Positions 14,496 through 25,917 of a DNA stretch of 64,000 bases are shown piece after piece. A program made the translations under genes and the position numbers. The notes under the pieces were generated by a model, which worked only from the letters and a program-made list of their open reading frames with translations, made no database searches and was not told the origin of the DNA. Source of the DNA: Eledone cirrhosa. Taxonomy: Eukaryota. The stretch covers positions 326,306,001 to 326,370,000 of the forward strand of contig OZ024741.1 of assembly GCA_964016885.1 (NCBI GenBank). Reading direction: 5' to 3'. Each line of letters starts with the position of its first letter. Position 1 is the first letter of the stretch.

Positions 14496-14737
14496 GCCAA
14501 TTCTAACACATATATATCCTAGAAACGATCGTTAAATAATGAACTTTTTTTGTTTAATATAAGGAACTGTTTCATTGTTTTATTCATTATTTTTTTAATA
14601 TTTTATCTTGACTCTGTATTCCGTTTATCTTTCACCGAAAGTGATTTTTCATTGCATCTCTTCTTTCCATGATATCCGGATTACATTGAGTTCTTCATAC
14701 GGATTGGACACTACCGTAAACTCTTGGTAGATTTATC

Positions 14738-14784
<47 letters not shown>

Positions 14785-14846
14785 CAGATATACTCACAGA
14801 CATATATGTATATATTCTATGAACGCATATATATATATATATATAT

Positions 14847-14897
14847 AGATTCCTGATGATTTCTTATGAATGAAACAGTTCTAGTCCTGTAGAATCT
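14847..14897 (+). ncRNA. Type-I hammerhead ribozyme in a 135-bp solo element (14847-14981)
   Basis: AGATTC-[CTGATGA]-tTTCttatGAAt-[GAAA]-CAGttctagtcCTG-TA|GAATCT. Confidence 0.85.
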
Positions 14898-14980
14898 CAT
14901 CTATATTAAAACTGTTATACTCTGCTATGTATTGAGTACCTTACTTACTGTGGTTACCTCCGTTTCAACCCGGAATAACG

Positions 14981-15017
<37 letters not shown>

Positions 15018-15814
15018 TCCAGGGGTCCCTTTCCTTCATATGAATGAAATGTAATGAAATAAAACGTAATATGTTGTCTGTAAAGAGTAAAAGTATGTTT
15101 AGAAGTGAATTGTTTTCTTTCTAAATATTATGAAGGAATTAATAATACTGTGATAACAACAACAACACCAAAGGCACTTCCAGTGTTACGAACACAGACG
15201 ACATGTATGACGTAACAGATACCGTCATCACCAACAATAACAACAACAGGAACAACTACAGCACTATTATCATCGACAACAACAACAATATCAAACGTAA
15301 ACCCAACAACAACAACAACAATGTCAAGCTCAAACCTCAAAACAACAACAATACTAACGATATTTCCTCTAGTATTATCACCAACCACAACAATAAGAAC
15401 AACAACAGATATAATACTAAAATAAACTTCAACAAAAAACACCAACACTGCCAGCCCCACCACCTACAACGACATCTACACCACCAACAACAAAAACAAC
15501 GTCAATAATTGTTTCTACTTTTGGCACAAGGCCAGCAATTATCCCAGTGCATTACTGGTACTTTATTTTATCAACCCCGTAAGGATGAAAAACAACGTCA
15601 ATAATAAGATCAACATAAACATTACTAAGAATAATGTTATCAATCACCATCAACACCAACTACAACAATACCAACAACAACGACAAATACATTAAGAAAA
15701 CACCACCACCACTAATAACAACTCCACCACTACCACCACCACCACCACCAACAACAACAACTTCACAACTATCACCACCAACTACAACACAAATAACATC
15801 AACAAAAGACTACC

Positions 15815-16960
15815 ACCACATCACCATCACCACCACCATAACCATCTCCACAGCCACCACAACAAACCCCACCATCACCACCACCATAACCATCTCCACA
15901 GCCACCACAACAAACCCCACCATCACCACCACCATAACCATCTCCACAGCCACCACAACAAACCCCACCATCATCACCACCACAACCATCTCCACAGCCA
16001 CCACAACAAACCCCACCATCACCACCACCATAACGATCTCCACAGCCACCACAACAAACCCCACCATCACCACCACCACAACCATCTCCACAGCCACCAC
16101 ACGAACCCCACTACCACTACCACCACAACCATCTCCACAGCCACCACCACCAATAGCACCATCACCACCACCACAACCATCTCCACAGCCACCACAACAA
16201 ACCCCACCATCACCACCGCCACAACCATCACCACCACCACCACAACAAACCCCACCATCACCACCGCCACAACCATCTCCACAGCCATCACAACAAACCC
16301 CACCATCACCACCACCACAACCATCTCCACAGCCACCACAACAAACCCCACTATCACCACCACCACCACAACAAACCCCACCATCACCACCACCACAACC
16401 ATCTCCACAGCTACCACAACAAACCCCACCATCACCACCACCACAACCATCTCCACAGCCACCACAACAAACCCCACCATCACCACCACCACAACCATCT
16501 CCACAGCTACCTAAACAAACCCCACCATCACAACCACCACAACAATCTCCACAGCCACCACAACAAACCCCACCATCACCACCACCACAACCATCTCCAC
16601 AGCCACCACAACAAACCCCACCATCACCACCACCACAACCATCTCCATAGCCACCACAACAAACCCCACCATCACCACCGCCACAACCATCTCCACAGCC
16701 ACCACAACAAACCCCACCATCACCACCGCCACAACTATCACCACCACCACCACAACAAACCCCACCATCACCACCACCACAACCATCTCCACAGCTACCA
16801 CAACAAACCCCACCATCACCACCACCACAACCATCTCCACAGCTACCACAACAAACCCCACCATCACCACCACCACAACCATCTCCACAGCCACCACAAC
16901 AAACCCCACCATCACCATCGCCACAACCATCACCACCACCACCACAACAAACCCCATCAT
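15815..16960 (+). repeat. 48-bp C/A-rich minisatellite (~24 degenerate units)
   Basis: Unit CCCACCATCACCACCACCA(C/T)AACCATCTCCACAGCCACCACAACAAAC, translating as PTITTTITISTATTTN or PPSPPPQPSPQPPQQT. Confidence 0.9.
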
Positions 16961-17773
16961 CACCAGAGCCAATAACAACTCCACCACTACACCACCATCA
17001 CCACGACCAACAACAGCAAAAAACAACAAATCAACAACTCCACCACCAACGATAACATCAGTAACAACAACGATGACACCAGCTGAAACAACAACAACTA
17101 AGACAGAAACAATGCCAATTATTATTTCTAACGTTACAACAAGAATAATTTACAAGAAAAATAGGGAAACAGACATACTCACTAAAACTAAAAAGATACA
17201 GAGAAAATCTCCCCCAAAATTTAATAGTATACATCTTAACATAGTATTGAACGATTTAGAATGACAAAAATAAAATGAAATAACTAGTTAAATAAATAAA
17301 AACCTATAAAAAATAATATAAAATTCTGGAAACATTCCTCTCGCTAAAAATGTGTGTCATAGAATTGCGTGTAATGTAAATATTAAACTCCAATTTATTT
17401 CGTCAAGGAAATCAAGAATTGTATAGGCTTTATTTAAAATGTTAGGAGAGACTAAGTGGGAGATGGTGAAACTGATTGTGTCTCTGATTATATGTCGATG
17501 AAACGTGAATTCGAATTTCTTGCCGGATGCTACAGAAATTTATGTTGTATTTGTGACAAATAACGTTTAAATCCTCAAATAATTTAACATATTGTTTTAC
17601 TGCTTCATTAGAAGAGTTAATCAAGTGTGTGTGAATGATAACAATAATGATAACAATAATGATGATGATCATGATGATGACGTTGAAGTTGACTTTTGAA
17701 AAATGGCGACGTTAATAATCCTTATGTTATAAATATTCATAAATATTTATTTCTTGTCTGAATTGGTTGGGAA

Positions 17774-17967
17774 GAGGGTGGACTGAAAATTTCATAGGCT
17801 GACAAAGATACCCTCATGGAATGATCAAATATGGTTTATTTTTAAACATAGTCCATGGAAGGAAACAGTGCAGTTATTAAGAAGAGGAGTTGAAATTAAT
17901 GCATGCAAGATTTCAGAGCTCTAGCATCACTCCTTAGTCAGCCTATGAACCATTCAGCCCACCCTCG
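17774..17967. mobile_element. Mariner-type MITE
   Basis: ~30-bp TIRs GAGGGTGGACTGAAAATTTCATAGGCTGAC / GTCAGCCTATGAACCATTCAGCCCACCCTCG, followed by TA. Confidence 0.7.
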
Positions 17968-18654
17968 TAGGTATATTGAACGATGAAAGGTCTTTCTTAT
18001 AACGCAAACAATAAGTAGTTGTAAATATATGAGAATACATTACATGATGAATTGATGAAAAATCAGTCATAAAATGAATTAAGAATGCTATTCAGGCTCC
18101 TTAAGAAATTGGAATTATTCTATAGAACTCGAAATAAATATGATCCTTTATATTTTCAGTGCCTCCATGACTGATGCGAGTGAATTATCCTCCGACGGGA
18201 GACCTGCCCTGAATGCTTGCAATAGAGTGGACTCCGAGAAAGTGAACCGGATATTGGTTGGTGGTGTTAAACCAGGCACCGGATTAAATCTATTGCCTAA
18301 TAATTCAGGACGTAGAGAGGCAGAACAAATATCAATAAGCATTTTATTCCAAAGCTCTACCAATTAAGTCAATCTAATCACCTGAACTGATACTTTATTT
18401 TCTTGAACCCCACCCTCAAAAGAAAGAAATTCAAAGTTGAACACAATAAGAATTGAACTCACAACGCTGGGAGCTGGAGCAGTTACTGAAGGATGTTGTC
18501 CTACGTTGAGCAGTAAATAAATAGGTAGCGCAGGCTCAGCATTTCTTCTAATGTCTCCCAAACACCGTGCAGAACGTTTGAGGCTAGAAGTGAAAAATAT
18601 ATTTTAAATTCAAATTTACTACGTGGCAATATTTCAAAGCTACAGAGTAGTAAT

Positions 18655-18800
18655 ATTTGGCAGTATCGGTAGAGGGTCGGACGCCATGCTTTCCAGCATA
18701 GTTACGTCCCTTTACGATCTGAGTTCAAATCCCGCCGAGGTTGACTTTGCCTTTCATCCTTACGGGGTCGATAAAATAAAGTACCAGTAATGAACTGGGT
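18655..18800 (+). mobile_element. tRNA-derived SINE (abundant octopus-type family)
   Basis: B-box GAGTTCAAATCC then GACTTTGCCTTTCATCCT..GGGGTCGATAAAATAAAGTACCAG. Related copies at 25075-25220 (-) and 15530-15590 (-). Confidence 0.75.
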
Positions 18801-19769
18801 TATTGCTGGCCGTGTGCCTAAAGTAGAAACAAATATATTGATAGGTGCAGCGCCAGCATAGCGATTGTGCCGCACCCATTTGTCTAGGAAAGGGGTCTTG
18901 CACAGGATTGCATAGTTTATCATTGTAAGAAGTCCTAATCATTCTCTTTCTCCTTCGTTAGTTTTACACCCCACACAGCTCTACATGGTGTCATTTATAC
19001 AATGACTCATCTCATAATTATACGAAAAGAGAAACGTGTCATCTTGACCTAAGTTACATTTTCTCTTTCCATCCATATCAATGAAAGCTTTTTACTCCGT
19101 AATTATATCCTTTCTTCTTATTATAGACTATTCTCCATCCATTTCCTTTTCGTTTTATGTCCATTGGGTTTTGATGTCTCACTGAGAGAAATTAACTACA
19201 CCATTGAAATATTTCCATAGAATCACTAGTAGCAACTGCTGTTTTGAATGGAAGCTTTATTGTCATAACTGGTTATGAAACACGACCTTCACAAAATATT
19301 ACAAACTTCCAAAACATTCTAATACATATGTCTTCTCATGGTTGACCAGCCTGCTAGACATAGCAGGCAAATCTCTTTGGAATATCACTTTGGATAATAT
19401 AAGTCGTATGTACACAGAATAAAGGATGACTGGGACGCTTTCGGTCAGATGCCTGTTCAGTTACAACTAATGTCGGGCTTAAATAACCTCAAACTCAACG
19501 GATTAAATGAGATTGCTCAATGTATAAATTTAACATACTGGACTTCCACACAACACCACATAAGATTTACCACTTCACTTGAGAATGTATATTGTATTGC
19601 TGAACTAGACGGAATCCTTGATCGATCAAAAAGATCTCAGACTTCCTTCGCTTACCGAGTCGATTGGAACTAGTTAAATCGGACCAAGGAGACAATGTTT
19701 CCATTGGTCTCTCCATTGCTGATACTATCTACCGGTGGCAACTCCTGACAGTAAAACAATTGTCAAATC

Positions 19770-19860
19770 AAGCGTCTAGCTCATGGACATAACATCACCC
19801 CGTCTGGGAATCGCAAACTCACGATTGCTAATCCAATCCTCTAACCACTAAGCCAGGCGC
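19770..19860 (-). mobile_element. tRNA-derived SINE head remnant
   Basis: Minus strand GGCTTAGTGGTTAGAG...GAGTTTGCGATTCCC. Related to 47280-47550. Confidence 0.55.
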
Positions 19861-20221
19861 ATTTACTAGACGAATCATGGAGTATCTATATTACAGTAAT
19901 TAACGATTCCATCTCATTATTCAATCCGATTACATACGTTTTAGCTCTGCTCCATAAGATGTGTGTGTGTGTATATATATATGTATGTGTGTATATATGT
20001 ATGTGTGTATATATATATTTTTAAATATAAAAGGAAAGCAGAAACGGGTGATAATTCCTTCTTCAGTTGTCTGCTGGAGATCACGGACATTTCAACGCAT
20101 TAAAGATAATATGTCTAACTCCAGTGCGCCAATAACTTGTGGAGGTTATTGGGGAAGCAAACAATTAAACAGGAAGGAAAAGATAAATATATGTATAAAT
20201 ATACATGTGTGTATATATATC

Positions 20222-20255
<34 letters not shown>

Positions 20256-20555
20256 ATATATATATACACAAGAAAGTACGTCCCTAGAATCATTTGATAA
20301 AATATATACAGTATTTCCTCTCCCAATCAGCATAATCAACCACACAAACAAATCAATTAAACAAGGCTATAAGATTAAAAGGCACCTATGAAGAAACAAT
20401 AGATAAATAAATGTTAGCTATTTTATCCGCGATCAGCAGCCACAGAATATTTACCCAGTATTTCTAATAGCACGTGGAAATCGATTAGATATATCGCCAC
20501 TATACACAATTAGGTACAAAATCAAATTTAGAAGAAAAAAATGTATTTAAGCATA

Positions 20556-20669
<114 letters not shown>

Positions 20670-20853
20670 AAGAAAGAAAGATAGAGAGTAAGGGGTTAAC
20701 AGCACAGAGATATGCGGATCACTCCATGATCTGTCGGTTGTGAAGCAGATAAAAAGAAGCGCTCAAGGATCTGTGTAAATGGTACAAGTCGGAATATTAT
20801 ATATTAATAAAAGATCGGAGATATATTGGGTTGAATCAGGTTTATTTAAAACT

Positions 20854-20911
20854 CCGTTATACATATTTCACTTAAGACTATCAATTATGATAGTCTGAGC
20901 TCTTCAGACAG
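20854..20911 (-). ncRNA. Hammerhead ribozyme
   Basis: CTGT-[CTGAAGA]-GCTcaGACTATCAtaatTGATAGTCttaAGT-[GAAA]-TATGTA-TA|ACGG. Confidence 0.7.
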
Positions 20912-22653
20912 CAAAACCTAAGATAAACATAGAAGGTTCCTGAGAAACCTTTAAATATGGAAAAATCTAATAATTTCCTAGAAAAAAAGATTTGCTTTTC
21001 GTGATAGAGGGGGCCGGCCAAATGCGTGGTGTTGTTTCTTTGACGGCCGGCCCCTGTATGCCTAAGAGAGTTGGCAGAAGTGTTGGTCAGTTTAGGAAGT
21101 AACGAAAACGGTTGGTAGCCCTTCTCTCCCCCCTCTCAATCATTATCTGTTGTAGTAGTAGTCTCAGCGGCTGGTATAATAGTAGTGACAACCAACCTCT
21201 CCTAGCCATATATTTTCCACAGGTCTGCAACAACTGTGAATATTATAATCGATACCAAAATTAACTATATAAGAAATAGATTAAAATACAATGAACTAAT
21301 CAATTAATTAATTAAAAACAAGAGGAAAGGTTATATTAAAGTAGATATATATATGGGAAAGAGATGATTATAATTATAAGGAAAAAAAAAATTATAGTGA
21401 AGAGAATTAAAAAGTAAGGAATAGCTGCCTGTATTTCTAGGCCACAGACCAGAGTGTATAGCGTAGATGTATAGTTATAGTTTAACTGGTTCTAAATTGC
21501 TGGAAGCATGATAGTCGTACTGCACGCTAGTTCCCCGTTTGATCAAGCTCACGGATTATATCCAGATGTCCAATTCCCCACCTCTCTGGAGATTCAAGAA
21601 CTCGATGAGCAGAACCTCAGAGTAAAATCTTATGATATATTTAAAGGGAATGTCCGGGAGTGGGTTGGTCAGTAGGATTGTTCCCCGCTGGTCTTCGGAA
21701 CAACATGTCTAACCGGTGCGGAGCTATTAGGTTGTTCCTTTACTAATTAGGTAGTTTAGACCAAACCAAGGTAACTTAAAGTGATTATCAAATTAAGATA
21801 CATGAAAAAGGTTTAGAGATAAAGTTAAAATACAGTAAATTAGGTGTAGGCCGACTTAAAGTAGTTTAAAGGAAATAGCAAAGTGAGATACTTGAAGATG
21901 CATAAGAGATAAAGTTAAAGATTCCTTTAATTAGGGTTGGTGTACAGTCGTACAGTAAAAGGGAGAAGAGCATTTGCAGCAATATACGAATATGAACAGA
22001 TATGGTGTATACAAAGAAAATGATAAGTACATATAATACAATAATAGAAGAATACAGGATCCGTACAAAGTTATTTAAAACAGATACAAAGGTGTTCGAC
22101 ACTAAAATGAGTGTTGTGAAGATAGATAGAGCAAAATATGGAGATTAACGTTAAGATAGAGGCTGGGATAAAGTTCAAATTGTTCGTAGAGAGATTTCGA
22201 TTGGTCTGCCAGATTGTTTGCATCAGGTGAGGGGTAAGAGCGTCTCCTCATAGGTGTTCTTATTCCCTGGATAGCCGCTGGATAAATTCCATAAAGTGTT
22301 GTCCGTGGTCAGATGAAGTTGTTATTCTGAGTGTTGCGCTAGTCCATAGCGATGAGTTAGGTCCTCTGGTCAGCTTTGGTATTATAGCAGCCGCTTAGAC
22401 TACTACTATTACAACAGCTAAATATAGAGAGAAGAGGGAGATGGGCTACCAACCGTTTTCGTTACTTCTTAAACTGCCCAGCACTTCTGCCAAAACTCTT
22501 ATGGTCATACGGGGGCCGGCCGTCAAAGAAACAACACCACGCGTTCTGCCGGCCCCCTCTATCATGAAAAGAAAATCTTTTTTCGGGGAAATTATTAGAT
22601 TTTTCCAAATTTAAAGGTCTCTTAGGAATTGTCTATGTTTATTTTAGATTTTG

Positions 22654-22711
22654 AGGTCCGAAGAGCTCAGGCTATCATAATTGATAGTCTTCAGTGAAAT
22701 ATGTATAACGG
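22654..22711 (+). ncRNA. Hammerhead copy with U4C core mutation (probably inactive)
   Basis: CCGAAGA core, same stem II, GAAA-TATGTA-TA-ACGG. Confidence 0.55.
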
Positions 22712-22779
22712 AGTTTTAGATAAACCTGAATCAACTGAATATGGTCTCCGATCTCTTATTAATATATATGTACGCATAG

Positions 22780-22821
<42 letters not shown>

Positions 22822-22906
22822 GTGTGTATATATACATATATATATACAAATATATATATATATACATATATGTGTGTATATATACATATACATATATATA
22901 TATGTG

Positions 22907-22940
<34 letters not shown>

Positions 22941-23174
22941 AATATGATAATAATGGAGCTGCGGCGTTGCAAATGGGTTACATATGAAAAAGTTTGTCCT
23001 TCATCAGTGATCTTCCAACCATCATAGGCATTTCATCGCTTTAAAGACCATATACCTCCGGTTGGTGCGAGCAACGGCTAAAAAAAGTTGTTGGGACACG
23101 TAAATAAAGGGGACGCGAGGGTAAACAAACAAAATGGTTTAAGCAACAGAAAGTGATGAAGAAAGAGACAAGTC

Positions 23175-23242
<68 letters not shown>

Positions 23243-23254
23243 TGAGAGTGATGC

Positions 23255-23448
23255 GATTCCTGAATTATGTCGGGTGGTAACCATAATTAAAAAAAGTACT
23301 CAATATTTTGGTTGAGTATAAGCATTTTTATTATATATATATAGGAACGACTTCTACAGGACGCGAGCTGTTTCATTCGTATGGAATCATCATGATTCCA
23401 TACGTATGCAACAATTCTAACCCTGTGTAAGTCATTTCTATATAATAA

Positions 23449-23450
<2 letters not shown>
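23255..23450 (-). mobile_element. Fold-back fragment of the 14847-type hammerhead family (motif 23349-23398, core interrupted at the fold-back point)
   Basis: (a)TGATGA-ttccatacgaat-GAAA-CAG..CTG-TA-GAAGTC. Downstream TATTGAGTAC..TGGTTACC is shared with 14900-14960. Inverted partner extends to 23433. Confidence 0.6.
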
Positions 23451-23492
<42 letters not shown>

Positions 23493-23814
23493 GTTATGGA
23501 TGGATGGAAGAAAGAAATGGAAGAACGTCGAACTATATCAATTGTACAATTTTAAAATCTGTGTTTAATGTATGGGATAATTTCTTGTCATGTCTATCAC
23601 ATTCCATTTCAGGAAATGTCTCATAAGACATCACGTCGTCTTACAAAACACGAGAACCTCCTCTATTTCAGTGGATATATAGAACGTTAGCTAATCAGTA
23701 ATTATTCTTTCGATGCTATACAACTGAAAAATGTCGCAAATACAAACGTGCGGTTGTTCTCTTGGACTAGGAATAAAAATACTAAATCTTCCTAATCTTG
23801 ATATTTCAGGTTTA

Positions 23815-23960
23815 TTGCATGGTCTAGCAGAAAGGGTGTTGGACTTACTATCATAATGTTGTGTGTTCGATTCCTGTGCTGGATTGAGTGTTCTGCTCTT
23901 GTGCAAAGTACTTCATTTCGCGTTGCCCCAGTACACTCAGCTGAAAATTTGTACCAGCTA
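23815..23960 (+). mobile_element. tRNA-derived SINE (CORE-like body); further degraded copies at 24185-24400
   Basis: B-box GTTCGATTCC and body CTTG(A/T)GCAA..ACTT.ATTTC.CGTTGC.CCAGT..ACTCAGCTG shared with 47280-47550. Confidence 0.65.
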
Positions 23961-25074
23961 TACCCACGAGGAACAAGCGCCTTGACCAGGAGATGTCTTA
24001 TACTCTTAGTGAAGATAATTTGAATGTAAATATCATTAATATTTCTGTAACTTCGTTACTTAAATTTATGTTAAAATATACCATATACTGTGATATAAAC
24101 ACTTAAAAGTGTTAATTGCCCCTTCAACAAAAAAGAAAAGAAAACAAAAATAAATAATAATTTGTGATTATGATAAAGTGAAGGTCTACGGTTTAGGGGT
24201 TAGTGAATTGGCTTCGCAATAATGAGGGTGTGAGTTCGATTCCCGGACTGGGTGATGTGTTATGTCCTTGCGAAAGACACTTTATTTCACGTTGCTCTCT
24301 TTGCCAGGCTTAGTAGTTACGTGTTGGACAAGCGATCAAATGATAGCGAGTTTGGTTCCTTGATCGGGCAGCGGGTTGTGTTTTATAGCAGGACGCTTCA
24401 AATCCCTATGCCTATCATGATACGGTTGTGGTCCCTATCATTAAAACAATCAGATATAACCTCATTAGGAGCCCATCTAAACCCGCACAGGTGTGAGCTG
24501 AAACAACACAGCATTCACATGTACGCATGATAGAACTGGGTTCTCCTATGATTAAGCACCCAAGAAACTACCTTTAAGATGCAGCCTCTTAGAAGGGCAA
24601 CTACGCCTATATGAGTCTGTGCTATGAATTTCATTTTTGTTTTTTGAACAATAGTGGGTTGTGATAATTAATCTGTTGTTGCTGTTATTGTTGAGATTAT
24701 TATTTTTTCTTAGCCGTAGATCACCCTTGATCGGACAGAATTATTACGATAAAAAAAGATTCAAGTGGAGACCACTCGTAATTGTTGTATGTGAGATAGT
24801 GGATTACATCATACCATGCGCCAGTCTTTATTGAAGCGAGACGGGCAGGATTTCATGGAAAGAGAATAAAGTCGATTATCTCGACCTCAGTATTTCGCTG
24901 GTACCTAGCGGCGGACTTTCATCTGTTGAAGCCCTTAGCTAAATGAAAGTTGAGACCCTATTTTTTTATGACTTAGGGTTAATTAATAAAAATTAATGAT
25001 AGAATAGAAATATTTATTTCAAATATAGCTGCTGAGAGTTTGTCACCCTTACCTATTGCTTATTTAGCTTATAG

Positions 25075-25220
25075 GTAAGTCCAGTAGTGCCTGTAAGTTT
25101 TATCGAACCCAATAGGATGAAAGACAAAGTTGACCTCTGTAGGATTTGAACACAGAACGTAAAGTGCCAAAAGAAATGGTGTATTGTACGTTGTTCGACG
25201 TTCTACCGATTCTGCCAATC
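25075..25220 (-). mobile_element. tRNA-derived SINE (same family as 18655-18800)
   Basis: Minus strand TGGCAGAATCGGTAGA...TGTTCAAATCC..AGGTCAACTTTGTCTTTCATCC. Confidence 0.7.
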
Positions 25221-25303
25221 TTCTATATATATATATATATATGTGCGTGCGTGCGTGTGTGTTTATGTTTGTTTGTATGCGTCTGTTTCTGTCTGTGGGT
25301 AGA

Positions 25304-25491
25304 CGAATTATCAGCCACGAGAGCTCTGACACATACACTAGCATAAAGTACAAACAGATTGATCTCTTTGTTATATATATATATATATATATGTATGTTA
25401 TGTGTGTATATATATATATACATAACAAAGAGATCAATCTGTTTGTACGTTATGCTAATGTATGTGTCCGAGCTCTCGTGGCTGATAATTC
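25304..25491. repeat. 70-bp inverted repeat around a (TA)n/(TG)n spacer
   Basis: GAATTATCAGCCACGAGAGCTC...GATCTCTTTGTTAT / ATAACAAAGAGATC...GAGCTCTCGTGGCTGATAATTC. Confidence 0.85.
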
Positions 25492-25501
25492 ATATTATAT
25501 A

Positions 25502-25579
<78 letters not shown>

Positions 25580-25917
25580 CTTTATTTACCATAAAGGCAT
25601 AAAAAGAAGGGACAAATACAAAGGGGGAGTTTACATACAATCGAGTAAAAAGGGTATAAAATGAAAATAATCGAAAACAACCTCAAAAGGGAGGGGGCGT
25701 GATGGGGGTTGCACATACCCCCGAAAAAGTGTGCAATCCTTTGCCCGGGGAGCACATGGAGAAGGTGCTCCCCTCTCCTTCACTTCTTTACCTACAGGAT
25801 GGTATACAGAGAAGGCCCATTTACACGAGCCATTCTCGCCACTATCACCCACCTTTCATAAAACTGCCTGTGGCCAAGCACCTCTCTCTCCATTCTTATC
25901 CTTCTTCCGTAGTGATA

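Larger units (their letters stand above)
8162..14730 (-). mobile_element. 5'-truncated Naiad-type PLE with a long microsatellite-laden 3' region and a 5' inverted partial pLTR (14493-14730)
   Basis: Contains ORF 12753-14495. 8162-8272 is the reverse complement of 14493-14603. Hammerhead at 8221-8375. Both ends abut (TA)n. Confidence 0.7.
20690..22775. mobile_element. Degenerate PLE-like element with ~380-bp inverted arms (20803-21180 / 22381-22763), each bearing a hammerhead
   Basis: The arms align as diverged reverse complements. The interior has only a faint GIY-YIG-like tail (RFYSEVLLIEFLNLQRGG on -). Confidence 0.65.

Noticed and set aside
15815-16960. CRISPR-like array
   Set aside because: Head-to-tail minisatellite with no unique spacers, in a eukaryotic context with no cas genes.
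17442-17672. Possible host exon (either strand); similarly 19600-19750
   Set aside because: Short frames, no convincing pair of splice sites with an open frame, and no recognisable homology.
22950-23015. CTGATGA on the minus strand at 23001-23007
   Set aside because: No correctly placed GAAA, stem III or stem I found, so it was not counted as a hammerhead.
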